From contig VHCZ01000001.1 of NCBI GenBank assembly GCA_016871535.1, positions 22,733-86,732 on the forward strand: a stretch of 64,000 nucleotides of DNA, in the 5' to 3' direction. Source of the DNA: Verrucomicrobiota bacterium. Lineage in GTDB: Bacteria; Verrucomicrobiota; Verrucomicrobiia; Limisphaerales; SIBE01. The notes under the pieces are model-generated. The model worked only from the letters and a program-made list of their open reading frames with translations, ran no database searches and was not told the origin of the DNA. Made by a program: the position numbers and the translations under genes. Shown piece after piece: positions 40,484 through 49,508 of this stretch; position 1 is the stretch's first letter; the number at the start of each line of letters is the position of its first letter.

Positions 40484-43255
40484 TCAGACGCGATCGAGCG
40501 CGTCGGCCACAGGCTGCCAGGGCGCGGCGGCGTCTCCCGCGCAGCGGCGCAAGGGCGCGAGCGCTTCGCGCCAGCAATGAGACAGAGGCGGTAGCAACGC
40601 GTCTTTGAATTCGGCGGGTTCAGGCATTCGCTGTTCGACAGCCAGGGCTCGGCTTAAGGCCCACGCGGATTCCAGGAGTGCGGTCCGCGCTTCGTCGTCG
40701 AGTCCCCCGGCACCGAGCAGCCGGGCCATTTTCATTTTGCGCGCCGCCTGCGTGCGATGAGCCTGAGCTTTCGCCTGCTCTTCCGGTGTGAGCAGGGTTG
40801 AGGCGGAGGCCGAGTCCGTCGCCGGGAATAACGGCCGGCTTCCGCGTGCAGTGGGGGTGATGAGGCCCGCAGCCGCCAGCCTTTCGAGCGCTTCGTGCGT
40901 TGCGCGGTCGATGACTTCAAGTTGAACCGGAGCCAAAGGATCGCTCTGGCCGGCGCCGAAGAACTGTTCATGCAATGCGCCGAGCTTCTCCCGCCACTGG
41001 GCAGCCTCGCGATCGACGACAACGTAGAGCACCGAATGCGCGCCCTGCGCCGGGTACCGTTCTTCGCATCGGACCAGCGCGCCGTTGAGTTGGTCCAGTG
41101 CCCTCTGGGCGAAGCCCAAGGGGCGGTCGGCCGGCAACGGAGAGCTAAGATTCCGATCCTTGGAGAGCGATGCATCCGGTTTGCCCCGGGCGGTTCCATT
41201 GGACGACATGAGCTGTTCCAGTTTCGAGAGGAAAGCCTGGCGGCCGGTGCGCAGTTTGATCTCCTTCAAGTCGCCCTTCAGATCGAGCACGCCATCGGAG
41301 AGCGCCTGCTTGTTGGCCAGCGTTTCCAGCATGCGATGTTCGATCGTCTTTTCCGAGACGAGATTGATGACCGTCACGGAGCGCGTCTGATGCTTGCGCC
41401 AGGCGCGAGCGATGCGTTGCTCCAACTTGGCCGGGTTCCAGGGCAAGTCGCAATTAATGACGACGCTGGCCACCTGGAGGTTGAGGCCGGCCGCGCCAGA
41501 GTCCGTGCTGAGGAACGCGCGGCAATGTGGGTCGCTCTTGAAGGCGTTGATCTCCCCGCGGCGGCGGCGCTGCGGCACCGTTCCGGTATGCCAGGCGAAA
41601 CCCAGGTCCATCCGTTCGCAAAGCCCGCGCACGAGTTCGAGCATCCGTTCCCACTCCGAAAAGATGATGACCTTGGCATCGTTCTCGCGGCACTCTTCGA
41701 GCAGCTTCTCGATCTCGGCAAGCTTCGGGCAGACCTTGTCGTCCTGATCCAGGATGTAATTGGTGTCGCAGGTCATGCGCATCATGGCGAGGTGGCGCAT
41801 GAGTTTGTCCTGCTCTTGCTGGCTCAACGGGCGGCGCCTGGCGATGTTGGCCAAACGCGCGACGACGCCCTCGTGGTTTTCGTACGCGGCCTGCTGCTGC
41901 GGGCTCATGGGGACGAAATGATTGCGGTCGGTGCGGTCGGGCAATTCGGTTTCCACGTCGGCCTTGCGGCGGCGCAGCATGTGCGGGCGGATGCGCTCGT
42001 GAAGTTTGTCCAGGTTGCGGTATCCGGCGGGCCGCCCGCGGTCGTCGAGTTCATAGAACTCGCGGTTGAACCGGAAGAGCGGTCCGAGCACGGAGGGTTC
42101 GAGGAAATCCATGAGCGAATGCATTTCGTCGATGCGGTTCTCGATGGGCGTCCCGGTGAGCACGAACGCGTAGCGGCTGCGGAGCCGCTTGATCGCCTGG
42201 GTGGTCTTCGTGCTCCAATTCTTGATGCGCTGCGCTTCGTCGAGCACGACGATGTCCGGACGCAGCCGGGCATTCACCTCCAGCGAGTCCGCCAGCATCT
42301 GCTCGTAATTCACCAGCGTGAAGAACGGCGCGCCTGCATAGTTCCGCAACCGCTCGTGCCGAGGGCCGAAGACGATCTGGTAAGGCAAATCCGTGAACCG
42401 CTGGATTTGCTCCTCCCACTCGGTTTTCAATGACGCGGGCGTGACCACGAGCGCGCGTTGCGCCCGGCTCAACCGATGCAGCAGCGCGCAAGCGGCGATG
42501 GCCTGGATCGTTTTGCCCAGGCCCATTTCATCCGCCAGCAGCGCGCGTTCCGTGAACGCGAGGTGCAGCATGCCTTCCCGCTGGTAGGGGAACAGCGGGA
42601 CTTTCGTTTCTTGCGCAGGCCATTCGCTGTTGTGGACCTTGAATTCGTACTCGCGTCTGAGTTGAAGCCGTTCCTCGGCTCGGCGGCGGGATTCAAGCCA
42701 GGGCGCGACTTCTTGGGAGATGCGCAATGCGGGACAATCGGCCTGGCCCAGGTGTTCCAAAGCGGCGATCGCATCCTCGGGAGAACCGTTCTTGAGCTGG
42801 CCTTCCGCATTGAACCAATCGCGCACGGGACGGGGCGGCGGCCCGTGGGGGATCACGCAACGCAGCGCTCCCGTTCCGCCATCGGGGACGACATCGATCC
42901 GGGGGGAGCCATTCTGCTGGGCGGCCTTGAAAAGGCGTTTGAACCGGCCTTCCAGGTGCAGCAGCACCGCTTCGGCGTGCTTGCACGTGCCGAGCCCGTT
43001 GATTCGGAAATCCACGCAATCGCAAGCGAACTGGCGCTCGCGCAAATCGCGAATCTCGACCGAGTAGGCCAGGCCGCTGGGCGATTGGACGCGGAAGTTC
43101 GAGAAGATGGGATGACGCGGATCGAGGTTGGCGATGGCGAACGTTTCGGTCTGCGCCCGGGACCGGCGCCGGTTGATTTCGTCCTGATCCGTCGTGCGCC
43201 AGTTGTGTGGCGAAGGCACGGCGGCTTCCGTTTGCTTCTTCTGAGTTGCAGCCAT
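40484..43255 (-). CDS. SNF2-family helicase with N-terminal SWIM zinc finger
   Basis: SWIM (CDCVDFRINGLGTCKHAEAVLL) and helicase motifs (ADEMGLGKT, VLDEAQRIKN, LTGTPIENR, QRIARAWRKHQ). About 250-aa C-terminal region of unknown function. Confidence 0.9.
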   Translation of the reverse strand: MAATQKKQTEAAVPSPHNWRTTDQDEINRRRSRAQTETFAIANLDPRHPIFSNFRVQSPSGLAYSVEIRDLRERQFACDCVDFRINGLGTCKHAEAVLLHLEGRFKRLFKAAQQNGSPRIDVVPDGGTGALRCVIPHGPPPRPVRDWFNAEGQLKNGSPEDAIAALEHLGQADCPALRISQEVAPWLESRRRAEERLQLRREYEFKVHNSEWPAQETKVPLFPYQREGMLHLAFTERALLADEMGLGKTIQAIAACALLHRLSRAQRALVVTPASLKTEWEEQIQRFTDLPYQIVFGPRHERLRNYAGAPFFTLVNYEQMLADSLEVNARLRPDIVVLDEAQRIKNWSTKTTQAIKRLRSRYAFVLTGTPIENRIDEMHSLMDFLEPSVLGPLFRFNREFYELDDRGRPAGYRNLDKLHERIRPHMLRRRKADVETELPDRTDRNHFVPMSPQQQAAYENHEGVVARLANIARRRPLSQQEQDKLMRHLAMMRMTCDTNYILDQDDKVCPKLAEIEKLLEECRENDAKVIIFSEWERMLELVRGLCERMDLGFAWHTGTVPQRRRRGEINAFKSDPHCRAFLSTDSGAAGLNLQVASVVINCDLPWNPAKLEQRIARAWRKHQTRSVTVINLVSEKTIEHRMLETLANKQALSDGVLDLKGDLKEIKLRTGRQAFLSKLEQLMSSNGTARGKPDASLSKDRNLSSPLPADRPLGFAQRALDQLNGALVRCEERYPAQGAHSVLYVVVDREAAQWREKLGALHEQFFGAGQSDPLAPVQLEVIDRATHEALERLAAAGLITPTARGSRPLFPATDSASASTLLTPEEQAKAQAHRTQAARKMKMARLLGAGGLDDEARTALLESAWALSRALAVEQRMPEPAEFKDALLPPLSHCWREALAPLRRCAGDAAAPWQPVADALDRV

Positions 43256-43341
43256 GCCGGGATCATTCGCGGCCCCTCCGGCAAGTCAACGTGAAGTTAT
43301 TCACCGAAAGGCTAAGGCGTATCTATTCAGTCCGACGGCTC

Positions 43342-43485
43342 CGTTCCCCTCACCCCGGCCTTCTCCCCAGGGGAGAGGGAGAACATTTCCTGGCCGGTGG
43401 TTCAGTTCACCATTCGGGGACCATTCCTGCGTTGGAAAAAACAACTCCCTCTCCCTGAGGGAGAGGGCTGGGGTGAGGGGGAACG
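43342..43485. repeat. 144-bp composite palindrome (CCCTCACCCC.../...GGGGTGAGGG), full copy
   Basis: The left module CGTTCCCCTCACCCCGGCCtTCTCCCcaggGGAGAGGGAGAAC and the right module CTCCCTCTCCCtgagGGAGAGGGCTGGGGTGAGGGGGAACG are mutually inverted. The centre is unique. Confidence 0.85.
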
Positions 43486-43506
43486 CGGCGTCGAATTGCA
43501 CAGACC

Positions 43507-46101
43507 CTAAGGCGAAATCACTCGAAACATCGCGTGCTGCGCTTCGCCGCGCGAGAGGAGAAACGCGATCAAATCCTGAATCTCGTCTTCCTTGAGCGTG
43601 TTGAGCAGGCCCTCGGGCATCATGGAGACTTGGGAGGGTTCGATCGACTCGATGTCCGCCCGGCGCACACCGGTCATGCGGCCCGGATCGAACATGTCCT
43701 CAACGACACTGACGTTGGCGCCGCTGAGATTCGCGATGCGCCCGCTGACCATTTCGCCGTTCTTCTTGCGGATATTGATCGCCTGATATTGGTCGCTGAT
43801 GACTTTGCTCGGCTCGACGATGGACTCGAGCAAGTCGCGCACGCTGAAACGTCCGGCCACGCCCGTGAGTTCGGGTCCGACCGACCCGCCTTCATTGACG
43901 AACCGATGGCAGGCCGAGCACGCGACCGCGCTGTAAAGCTGCCGGCCGCGCTCGAAATTGCGTCCGGCCTTCGATCCGCGTTCGACGAGCAGCACGAGTT
44001 CGTCGAGCTTCCATTCTTTGACGAACTGACGAGCGGCGAGCGTATCGCGCGGTGATTTGCGGACCACTCGCGCTTCCAGGATGGGTTTGAGCGCGGCTTG
44101 ATCCGCCTCGCTCAGCGTTTGGACGGCGTCGTTTTTGGCGCGGCGCAGCGAGCTGGCGAAGGTGTTTCCGCCGCGATAATTCTCCGCCGTGATGAACCAG
44201 CGGAAATACTCCTCGCGCAACGGCAGCGTCCAGCCGGTTTTCAACGAACGCAGGGCGACGGCCAGGTCGATCTGCTCCTCTTGCGTCGGAGCGGCGCGCA
44301 ACGCGGCAACCACTTTCGACGCGGCGCTTGGGGCTTCGAGATAGATGAGCAACCGCGCCAGCAGCGCGTCCAGTTCGGGTTTCCTGGCCGGGAAGAGCGC
44401 GTCGAACTTCGAGATCAACTGCTGGCGCGCGGTGTCGTCCGGTTTGCCCATGCGGATGAAGACGAGCGAATAGCCGCGGAGCAGATCGATGCGATCCTCA
44501 AAACCCAGGCTCGGCCAGGAGATTGTATCGAGCGCGGCCAGCATGCGTGAGCGCAAGGCCAGGTCCGGCGCAGGATCCGATTCCTTCCGGTGAATCCCGT
44601 CTTTGCCGCTGAGCCGGGCGAGCGCGACGAGGGCGACGATGGCCTTGCGCGGATCGCGTTCCGTCAGCGCCTTTTCACGCCATTGCGAAGTGTCTTGCCA
44701 TTCGAGCGCGATGCGCGCGGCGTAGCGGAGGGCGCGGTCCGAGTCGGAGAGATACGGCCAGACGGTTTCGACGGCGGCCGGATCTTTTTTGCCGTGGAAG
44801 GCTTCCAGTTTGCGGCGCAAGTCGCGTTGAGCTTGGAAACGCGTGTCCGGCTGGCTCGGCGCCGTCGATTCCTGGCCGACGTAGGTCACACGATAGAGCG
44901 CGGATTGCGCGCCGCGGCCGCCGACCGCCAGCAGCATCGATCCATCGTGCGGGTTGATGATGAAATCCGTGATCGGGAATGGCTGGCCGCTGATGAAGTC
45001 CTCGACTTCACCCGTGTAACTCGCGCCGCTTGGCGTGAGGTGCACGGCGCGCACTTTGCCGAAGCTCCAGTCCGCGAGGTAAAGCGCATCCTGATATTTG
45101 GCAGGGAACTTCGCGCCGTAACCGAACGTAATGCCCGTTGGCGAACCGGGGCCGATGTTCGCCGACGCGCCAAAGCTATCGAGGTAATAGTCCGGCCATT
45201 TGCCGTTGCCATTGCGGAAGCCGAACTCCGCTCCGCTGATGACGTGGTTGACGCGCGTCGGTCGATACCACGGAACGCCGATGTCCCATTCCATGTCCGC
45301 GTCGTAGGTGAACAGTTCGCCCACCTTGTTGAACGCGATGTCGAAGGGGTTGCGCAGTCCCATCACGATCAGCTCCCACGTTTTGCCGTCGGGTTCCATG
45401 CGCGAGATGTAGCCCTGGGGCGCATAGGAGTTATCCATGAAACCGGTTGGAAGGCGCGGGAGCAAATCGTCTTCGCTCCAATTGAACGGCACGCGCGAGG
45501 AAGCCATTTCGGTCAGGGAACTCTGGTTGCCGATCACGACGTAAATCGACTGGCCGTCGGGCGAGGGCACGAGTGAGTGAAGGCCATGCTCGCCGTTGGC
45601 CTGGACCTGCCGGAGCAACTCCACTTTGTCGAGTTGATCGTCGCCATCCGTGTCACGGACGCGATAGACGCCGTGGGGCCGGTTGCCTTCATTCACCGCC
45701 ACGTACAGGCTGTCGAACGCCCAGAGCAATCCGTGCGCAAAGCCGATCTCCAGATCGATCTTCTGCGTTTTCACTGCCTCGCCGCCGGCTTGCGGCAAGG
45801 TCACGCGGTGGAGCGAGCCGTTTTGATCGCACACGATCAAGCGGCCTTTGGGATCGAGGCACATCGCGACCCATGAGCCTTCGGTTTCTCGCGGCACCGT
45901 GTAGAGCAATTCGATCTTGAAATCTTTCGCGACGTTGATGTTCGCGCCGCCGACCACGTCCGCCGTGCCCAGTGATTTGATCCGGATGTTTTTGCACTGA
46001 ACGGTCATGGGTTCGCCGGCGTGGATTTGCAGCGCGAGAATGCCGGACGTGAGCCGTTTGCCTTCGGTCTCGTCAATCACGCCTACAGTCTGGACGCCGT
46101 T
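43507..46101 (-). CDS. PVC-type membrane-bound-dehydrogenase-like / HEAT / CxxCH heme-binding protein, 5'-truncated
   Basis: It begins mid-way through a DUF1080 domain (NGVQTVGVIDETEGKRLTSGILALQIHAGEPMTVQCKNIRIK). A beta-propeller-like domain follows (FKIELLYTVPRETEGSWVAMCLDPKGRL), then HEAT repeats and a C-terminal CSACH site. No signal peptide or credible start, so it may be non-functional. Confidence 0.6.
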   Translation of the reverse strand, partial: NGVQTVGVIDETEGKRLTSGILALQIHAGEPMTVQCKNIRIKSLGTADVVGGANINVAKDFKIELLYTVPRETEGSWVAMCLDPKGRLIVCDQNGSLHRVTLPQAGGEAVKTQKIDLEIGFAHGLLWAFDSLYVAVNEGNRPHGVYRVRDTDGDDQLDKVELLRQVQANGEHGLHSLVPSPDGQSIYVVIGNQSSLTEMASSRVPFNWSEDDLLPRLPTGFMDNSYAPQGYISRMEPDGKTWELIVMGLRNPFDIAFNKVGELFTYDADMEWDIGVPWYRPTRVNHVISGAEFGFRNGNGKWPDYYLDSFGASANIGPGSPTGITFGYGAKFPAKYQDALYLADWSFGKVRAVHLTPSGASYTGEVEDFISGQPFPITDFIINPHDGSMLLAVGGRGAQSALYRVTYVGQESTAPSQPDTRFQAQRDLRRKLEAFHGKKDPAAVETVWPYLSDSDRALRYAARIALEWQDTSQWREKALTERDPRKAIVALVALARLSGKDGIHRKESDPAPDLALRSRMLAALDTISWPSLGFEDRIDLLRGYSLVFIRMGKPDDTARQQLISKFDALFPARKPELDALLARLLIYLEAPSAASKVVAALRAAPTQEEQIDLAVALRSLKTGWTLPLREEYFRWFITAENYRGGNTFASSLRRAKNDAVQTLSEADQAALKPILEARVVRKSPRDTLAARQFVKEWKLDELVLLVERGSKAGRNFERGRQLYSAVACSACHRFVNEGGSVGPELTGVAGRFSVRDLLESIVEPSKVISDQYQAINIRKKNGEMVSGRIANLSGANVSVVEDMFDPGRMTGVRRADIESIEPSQVSMMPEGLLNTLKEDEIQDLIAFLLSRGEAQHAMFRVISP

Positions 46102-46124
46102 TCCGACTGGTCGAACTGGATCCC

Positions 46125-46640
46125 AGGACCGGCCGGCGCGTTAATCCGAATGACAAACCGGCGGACATCGCGATCAACTGTGAGGCGGCGATCCTGATCC
46201 ATCGCGATGGTTGGTACTATCTCCTGACTGCGGAAGGGGGCACGAGTTGGGGGCACGATTGGCTCCCCTTTTCGCCAATCACTCGTCGCGCGCCGCCAAC
46301 AGGCGCATTGCCTCAGCGCCGCAACGGTTGTGGAATTCGAGCCGGAACATTTTCAACAAATCGCCGGCCTCGTTTGCTACTACAACAGCGCGAAATTTCA
46401 CTACCTCTGTATTTCTCACGACGAAAGCACCGGCAAACATCTCCGCGTGATGTCCTGCATCCCCGATTCATTGCAGGCCGATGCCTTTACCCCGCTCATC
46501 GCTATTCCCAGTGGCAAGCCAGTCCACTTGCGCGTCGAAATTGATTACGAACGGCTCCACTTCGCTTATCGAGTCGAAGGCGCGGACAACGACTGGCGCT
46601 GGCTGCCCCAACAGTTCGACGCCAGTATTCAGGGTGAAGG
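46125..46640 (+). pseudogene. GH43 beta-xylosidase-like remnant
   Basis: ...ILIHRDGWYYLLTAEGGTSWGH (end of the GH43 catalytic domain) is followed after a frame change and a gap far too short by the C-terminal ConA-like domain (FEPEHFQQIAGLVCYYNSAKFHYLCISHDE...). The N-terminal ~200 residues are missing. Confidence 0.55.
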
Positions 46641-46830
46641 CGTGCTCCGATGGGGAGCGCACGCGCCCCCGCGTGCCGTGGTCGGCGCCTCCGCCGACCA
46701 CGTTGTTTCGCTCGAGGAAACCATCAACATGGCACAATCGACGCGTTCATTTCGACCGGCGAGGCGCCGGCCGAAACACGCGAGGGCGCGTGTGCTCCCC
46801 AAGGCTGATGGCAACAGGTCCGATGCGTTG

Positions 46831-46916
46831 GACCGCGGATGGCGCGGATGGGCGCGGATAAGTCGAACGCTCAGATGGCTGTGTGTTCATCCGCGTAATC
46901 CGCGCGATCCGCGGTT
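46831..46916. repeat. CACGGAT-type palindrome, copy 4 (CGCGGAT variant)
   Basis: ACCGCGGATggCGCGGATggGCGCGGAT...ATCCGCGtaATCCGCGcgATCCGCGGTT. Confidence 0.75.
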
Positions 46917-46940
46917 CAAGATGGCGAGTTCCGTGTACGG

Positions 46941-47656
46941 TTACCTTCCTCCTCGCAGAACTTCCCGATGCGGCTCGTGATCGTTGTTCCACCGGCGCAA
47001 CGCTTCGTCACTCTCGTCAAAAAACAGCGGCTGAAACTTCATTCCTTCGACGTGTCCGTCACAAAAGGCCCCATTGGCGATGCCGCCATGACGCCGGCTT
47101 TGGACGCGGATGCTGTCGGCGATTTCGGATTCCTGATTTGGAATTCCGCGTGGCCCCGAATAGTTTCGCGCAAGCAACCCGAGAACGCTGTCCGTCATCC
47201 AACGGTTGGTAAAGCTAACCATGCCGTCGCCAACGGCTATCATGTCGGCGGGTGCTTTGATCGCGACCCCACGAATAGGGATGATGCGGCTGGAAAGCAG
47301 CGTGGTGGCGACGCCTGGTCCGGGCGGAATCTCCTGCACGTCTCTTATTTGTGTGCCGCCTAGCCCTTGCCCGCTTGACAACAAATCGAGCCTCCCCCCA
47401 ATCCGGCCAGATTAGCTCCTTACAGCGCGAAAATCCCTGAGGCGGGTGAAGGGCATTTGAAAACTCCCGCCAAAGCGGCCCAGCCATCACGAGCCGCTTC
47501 GATTCCTTGCTGGACATAACCGTCGAGGGGTCCCAGGTCCGTAGGACAAACGCCGTGATCGTGAACGTACATGACCAGGGCAATCCCGATCTGGCGCAAG
47601 TTGCTCGCACAGTGCGTGCGCCTGGCAACGGGCTTGTCGCCTGACAACACCGGCAA
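46941..47656 (-). pseudogene. Prepilin-like H-X9-DG protein, frameshifted and lacking the N-terminal prepilin helix
   Basis: The N-part ...RRTHCASNLRQIGIALVMYVHDHG is in ORF 47420..47656. The C-part ...RRHGGIANGAFCDGHVEGMK (H-x9-DG) is in ORF 46941..47384, in a different frame. No FTLIELLVV-type leader. Confidence 0.6.
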
Positions 47657-47687
47657 CTGTAACGTTGTAACGCTTTTGACGATGACG
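47657..47687. repeat. TAACG-type tandem tract
   Basis: CTGTAACGTTGTAACGCTTTTGACGATGACG. Confidence 0.5.
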
Positions 47688-47786
47688 CCTCTGGCTGTCG
47701 CGCCAGCGGTTTCTATTGCGCGCAGACCCGGAGCCAGACTACCCTGGCCTCATCACCGAGCAACCGATCCGAACCGCATTCTTGTC

Positions 47787-49508
47787 ATGAAAGGCACTGG
47801 ATTCACTCTCGCCGGTTTGTTTCTCTGCGTCAGGCTTTTCGCGCAGCACGATCCTCCCGCCGCCGCAACTCCCGACGCGCTGACGGCCGTGCTGGCGGAA
47901 GAACTCGAACACTCGATGAAACATCTGGCCGCCGATGACGGACTCAAGCCGTACTACCTTTGCTACGCGGTCACGGACGTCGCTGCCGTCACCATCCGGG
48001 GCAGTCTTGGAGCGCTCCGCCGCAAGGACGCCAGCCGCGCGCGCGTGCTGGACGTGGACCTGCGCGTCGGGGATTACGAACTCGACAACACGCACCAGAT
48101 TCGCGGCGGGACGGATGCCGGACGTTTCGGGCGATTTCTCGGCGGGTCCGCTTCGCTACCGATTGAGAACAGTCCGATGGCGGTCAAACACGCGCTCTGG
48201 CAATCGACAGATCGCATCTTCAAGGCCGCGGTCGAGCGTTTTCAACGCGTCAAGACCGATCTCAAAACCACCGTCGCCGAGGAAAGCAAAGCGCACGATT
48301 TCTCACGCGAAACGCCGAGCCGTTACTCTGAGCCGGACGCCGAACTCAGTCTGGATCGCAAGGCCTGGGTTGAGCGCGTGCGAAGTGTCTCGCGGCTCGC
48401 CCTGGATTATCCGTTGATTTACGACTCGATGGTCGCGGTGGTGGGCGCCGCCGAGAACCGCCACGTGGTCACGAGCGAAGGCACGCGTTTGAAAACGGCG
48501 GCGGAGCGCTTTCGCGTCGTGCTTTCAGCGAGCACCAAAGCGGAGGATGGCATGGATCTGAGCCAGAGTTACATCTTCAATTGCGCAAGCGAAGCCGGGC
48601 TGCCTTCCGAGGAGATAGTCCGCGAAGCCTTCCAAAAGGTGATCGAGATGGTCCTGGCGCTGCGGGCCGCGCCGCTGGTCGAACCCTACACCGGACCGGC
48701 GATCCTCTTGAATCGCGCCAGCGGCGTGTTCTTCCACGAGATTTTTGGGCATCGCATTGAGGGGCATCGCCAGAAGGACGTCGAGGAAGGGCAGACGTTC
48801 ACCAAGATGGTGGGGAAGCCGATTCTGCCGGAGTTTCTGAGCGTCACGGACGATCCGACTCAGCCCCGCTTCGGGGCCGAAGACTTGCGCGGCTTCTACC
48901 GCTTTGATGACGAAGGCGTGCCTGCTTCCCGCGTGGATCTGGTCGAGAACGGAGTTTTGAAAACTTTCCTTTTGTCGCGCTCCCCCGTGTTGGACTTCAC
49001 GAAGTCCAACGGTCATGGCCGGCGCGAACCTGGACGCCAGGCCGTGTCCCGCCAGGGCAATCTCATGGTCCACTCGACCCGGACGGTGCCCTTCGAGAAG
49101 CTCCAGCAAATGCTCGTGGACGAGTGCAAGAAACAGAACAAGTCTTACGGCTACCTCTTCGAAGACATTACAGGGGGATTTACGATGACCACGCGCGGAG
49201 GACCGCAAGCCTTCAAAGTGCTGCCCGTGGTCGTGTATCGCCTCTACGCGGATGGCCGGCCCAAGGAACTCGTGCGCGGGGTCGATATCGTCGGCACGCC
49301 GCTCTCGTGTTTCTCGAAGATCCTCGCGACGGGCGACGATCCTGCCGTGTTCAACGGCACGTGCGGCGCGGAATCGGGCTGGGTGCCGGTTTCGGCGGTG
49401 TCGCCGAGCATCCTGGTCGAGCAGATTGAAATCGAAAAGCGCGAGCGTTCGCAGGAGCGCCTGCCGATCCTGCCCGCGCCCAATTCGGAGAAGGAGCGAG
49501 CGTTATGA
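47787..49508 (+). CDS. Secreted TldD/PmbA-family metalloprotease (TldD-like, catalytic)
   Basis: Signal peptide MKGTGFTLAGLFLCVRLFAQ and the HExxxGH-type site FHEIFGHRIEGH. Confidence 0.85.
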   Translation: MKGTGFTLAGLFLCVRLFAQHDPPAAATPDALTAVLAEELEHSMKHLAADDGLKPYYLCYAVTDVAAVTIRGSLGALRRKDASRARVLDVDLRVGDYELDNTHQIRGGTDAGRFGRFLGGSASLPIENSPMAVKHALWQSTDRIFKAAVERFQRVKTDLKTTVAEESKAHDFSRETPSRYSEPDAELSLDRKAWVERVRSVSRLALDYPLIYDSMVAVVGAAENRHVVTSEGTRLKTAAERFRVVLSASTKAEDGMDLSQSYIFNCASEAGLPSEEIVREAFQKVIEMVLALRAAPLVEPYTGPAILLNRASGVFFHEIFGHRIEGHRQKDVEEGQTFTKMVGKPILPEFLSVTDDPTQPRFGAEDLRGFYRFDDEGVPASRVDLVENGVLKTFLLSRSPVLDFTKSNGHGRREPGRQAVSRQGNLMVHSTRTVPFEKLQQMLVDECKKQNKSYGYLFEDITGGFTMTTRGGPQAFKVLPVVVYRLYADGRPKELVRGVDIVGTPLSCFSKILATGDDPAVFNGTCGAESGWVPVSAVSPSILVEQIEIEKRERSQERLPILPAPNSEKERAL

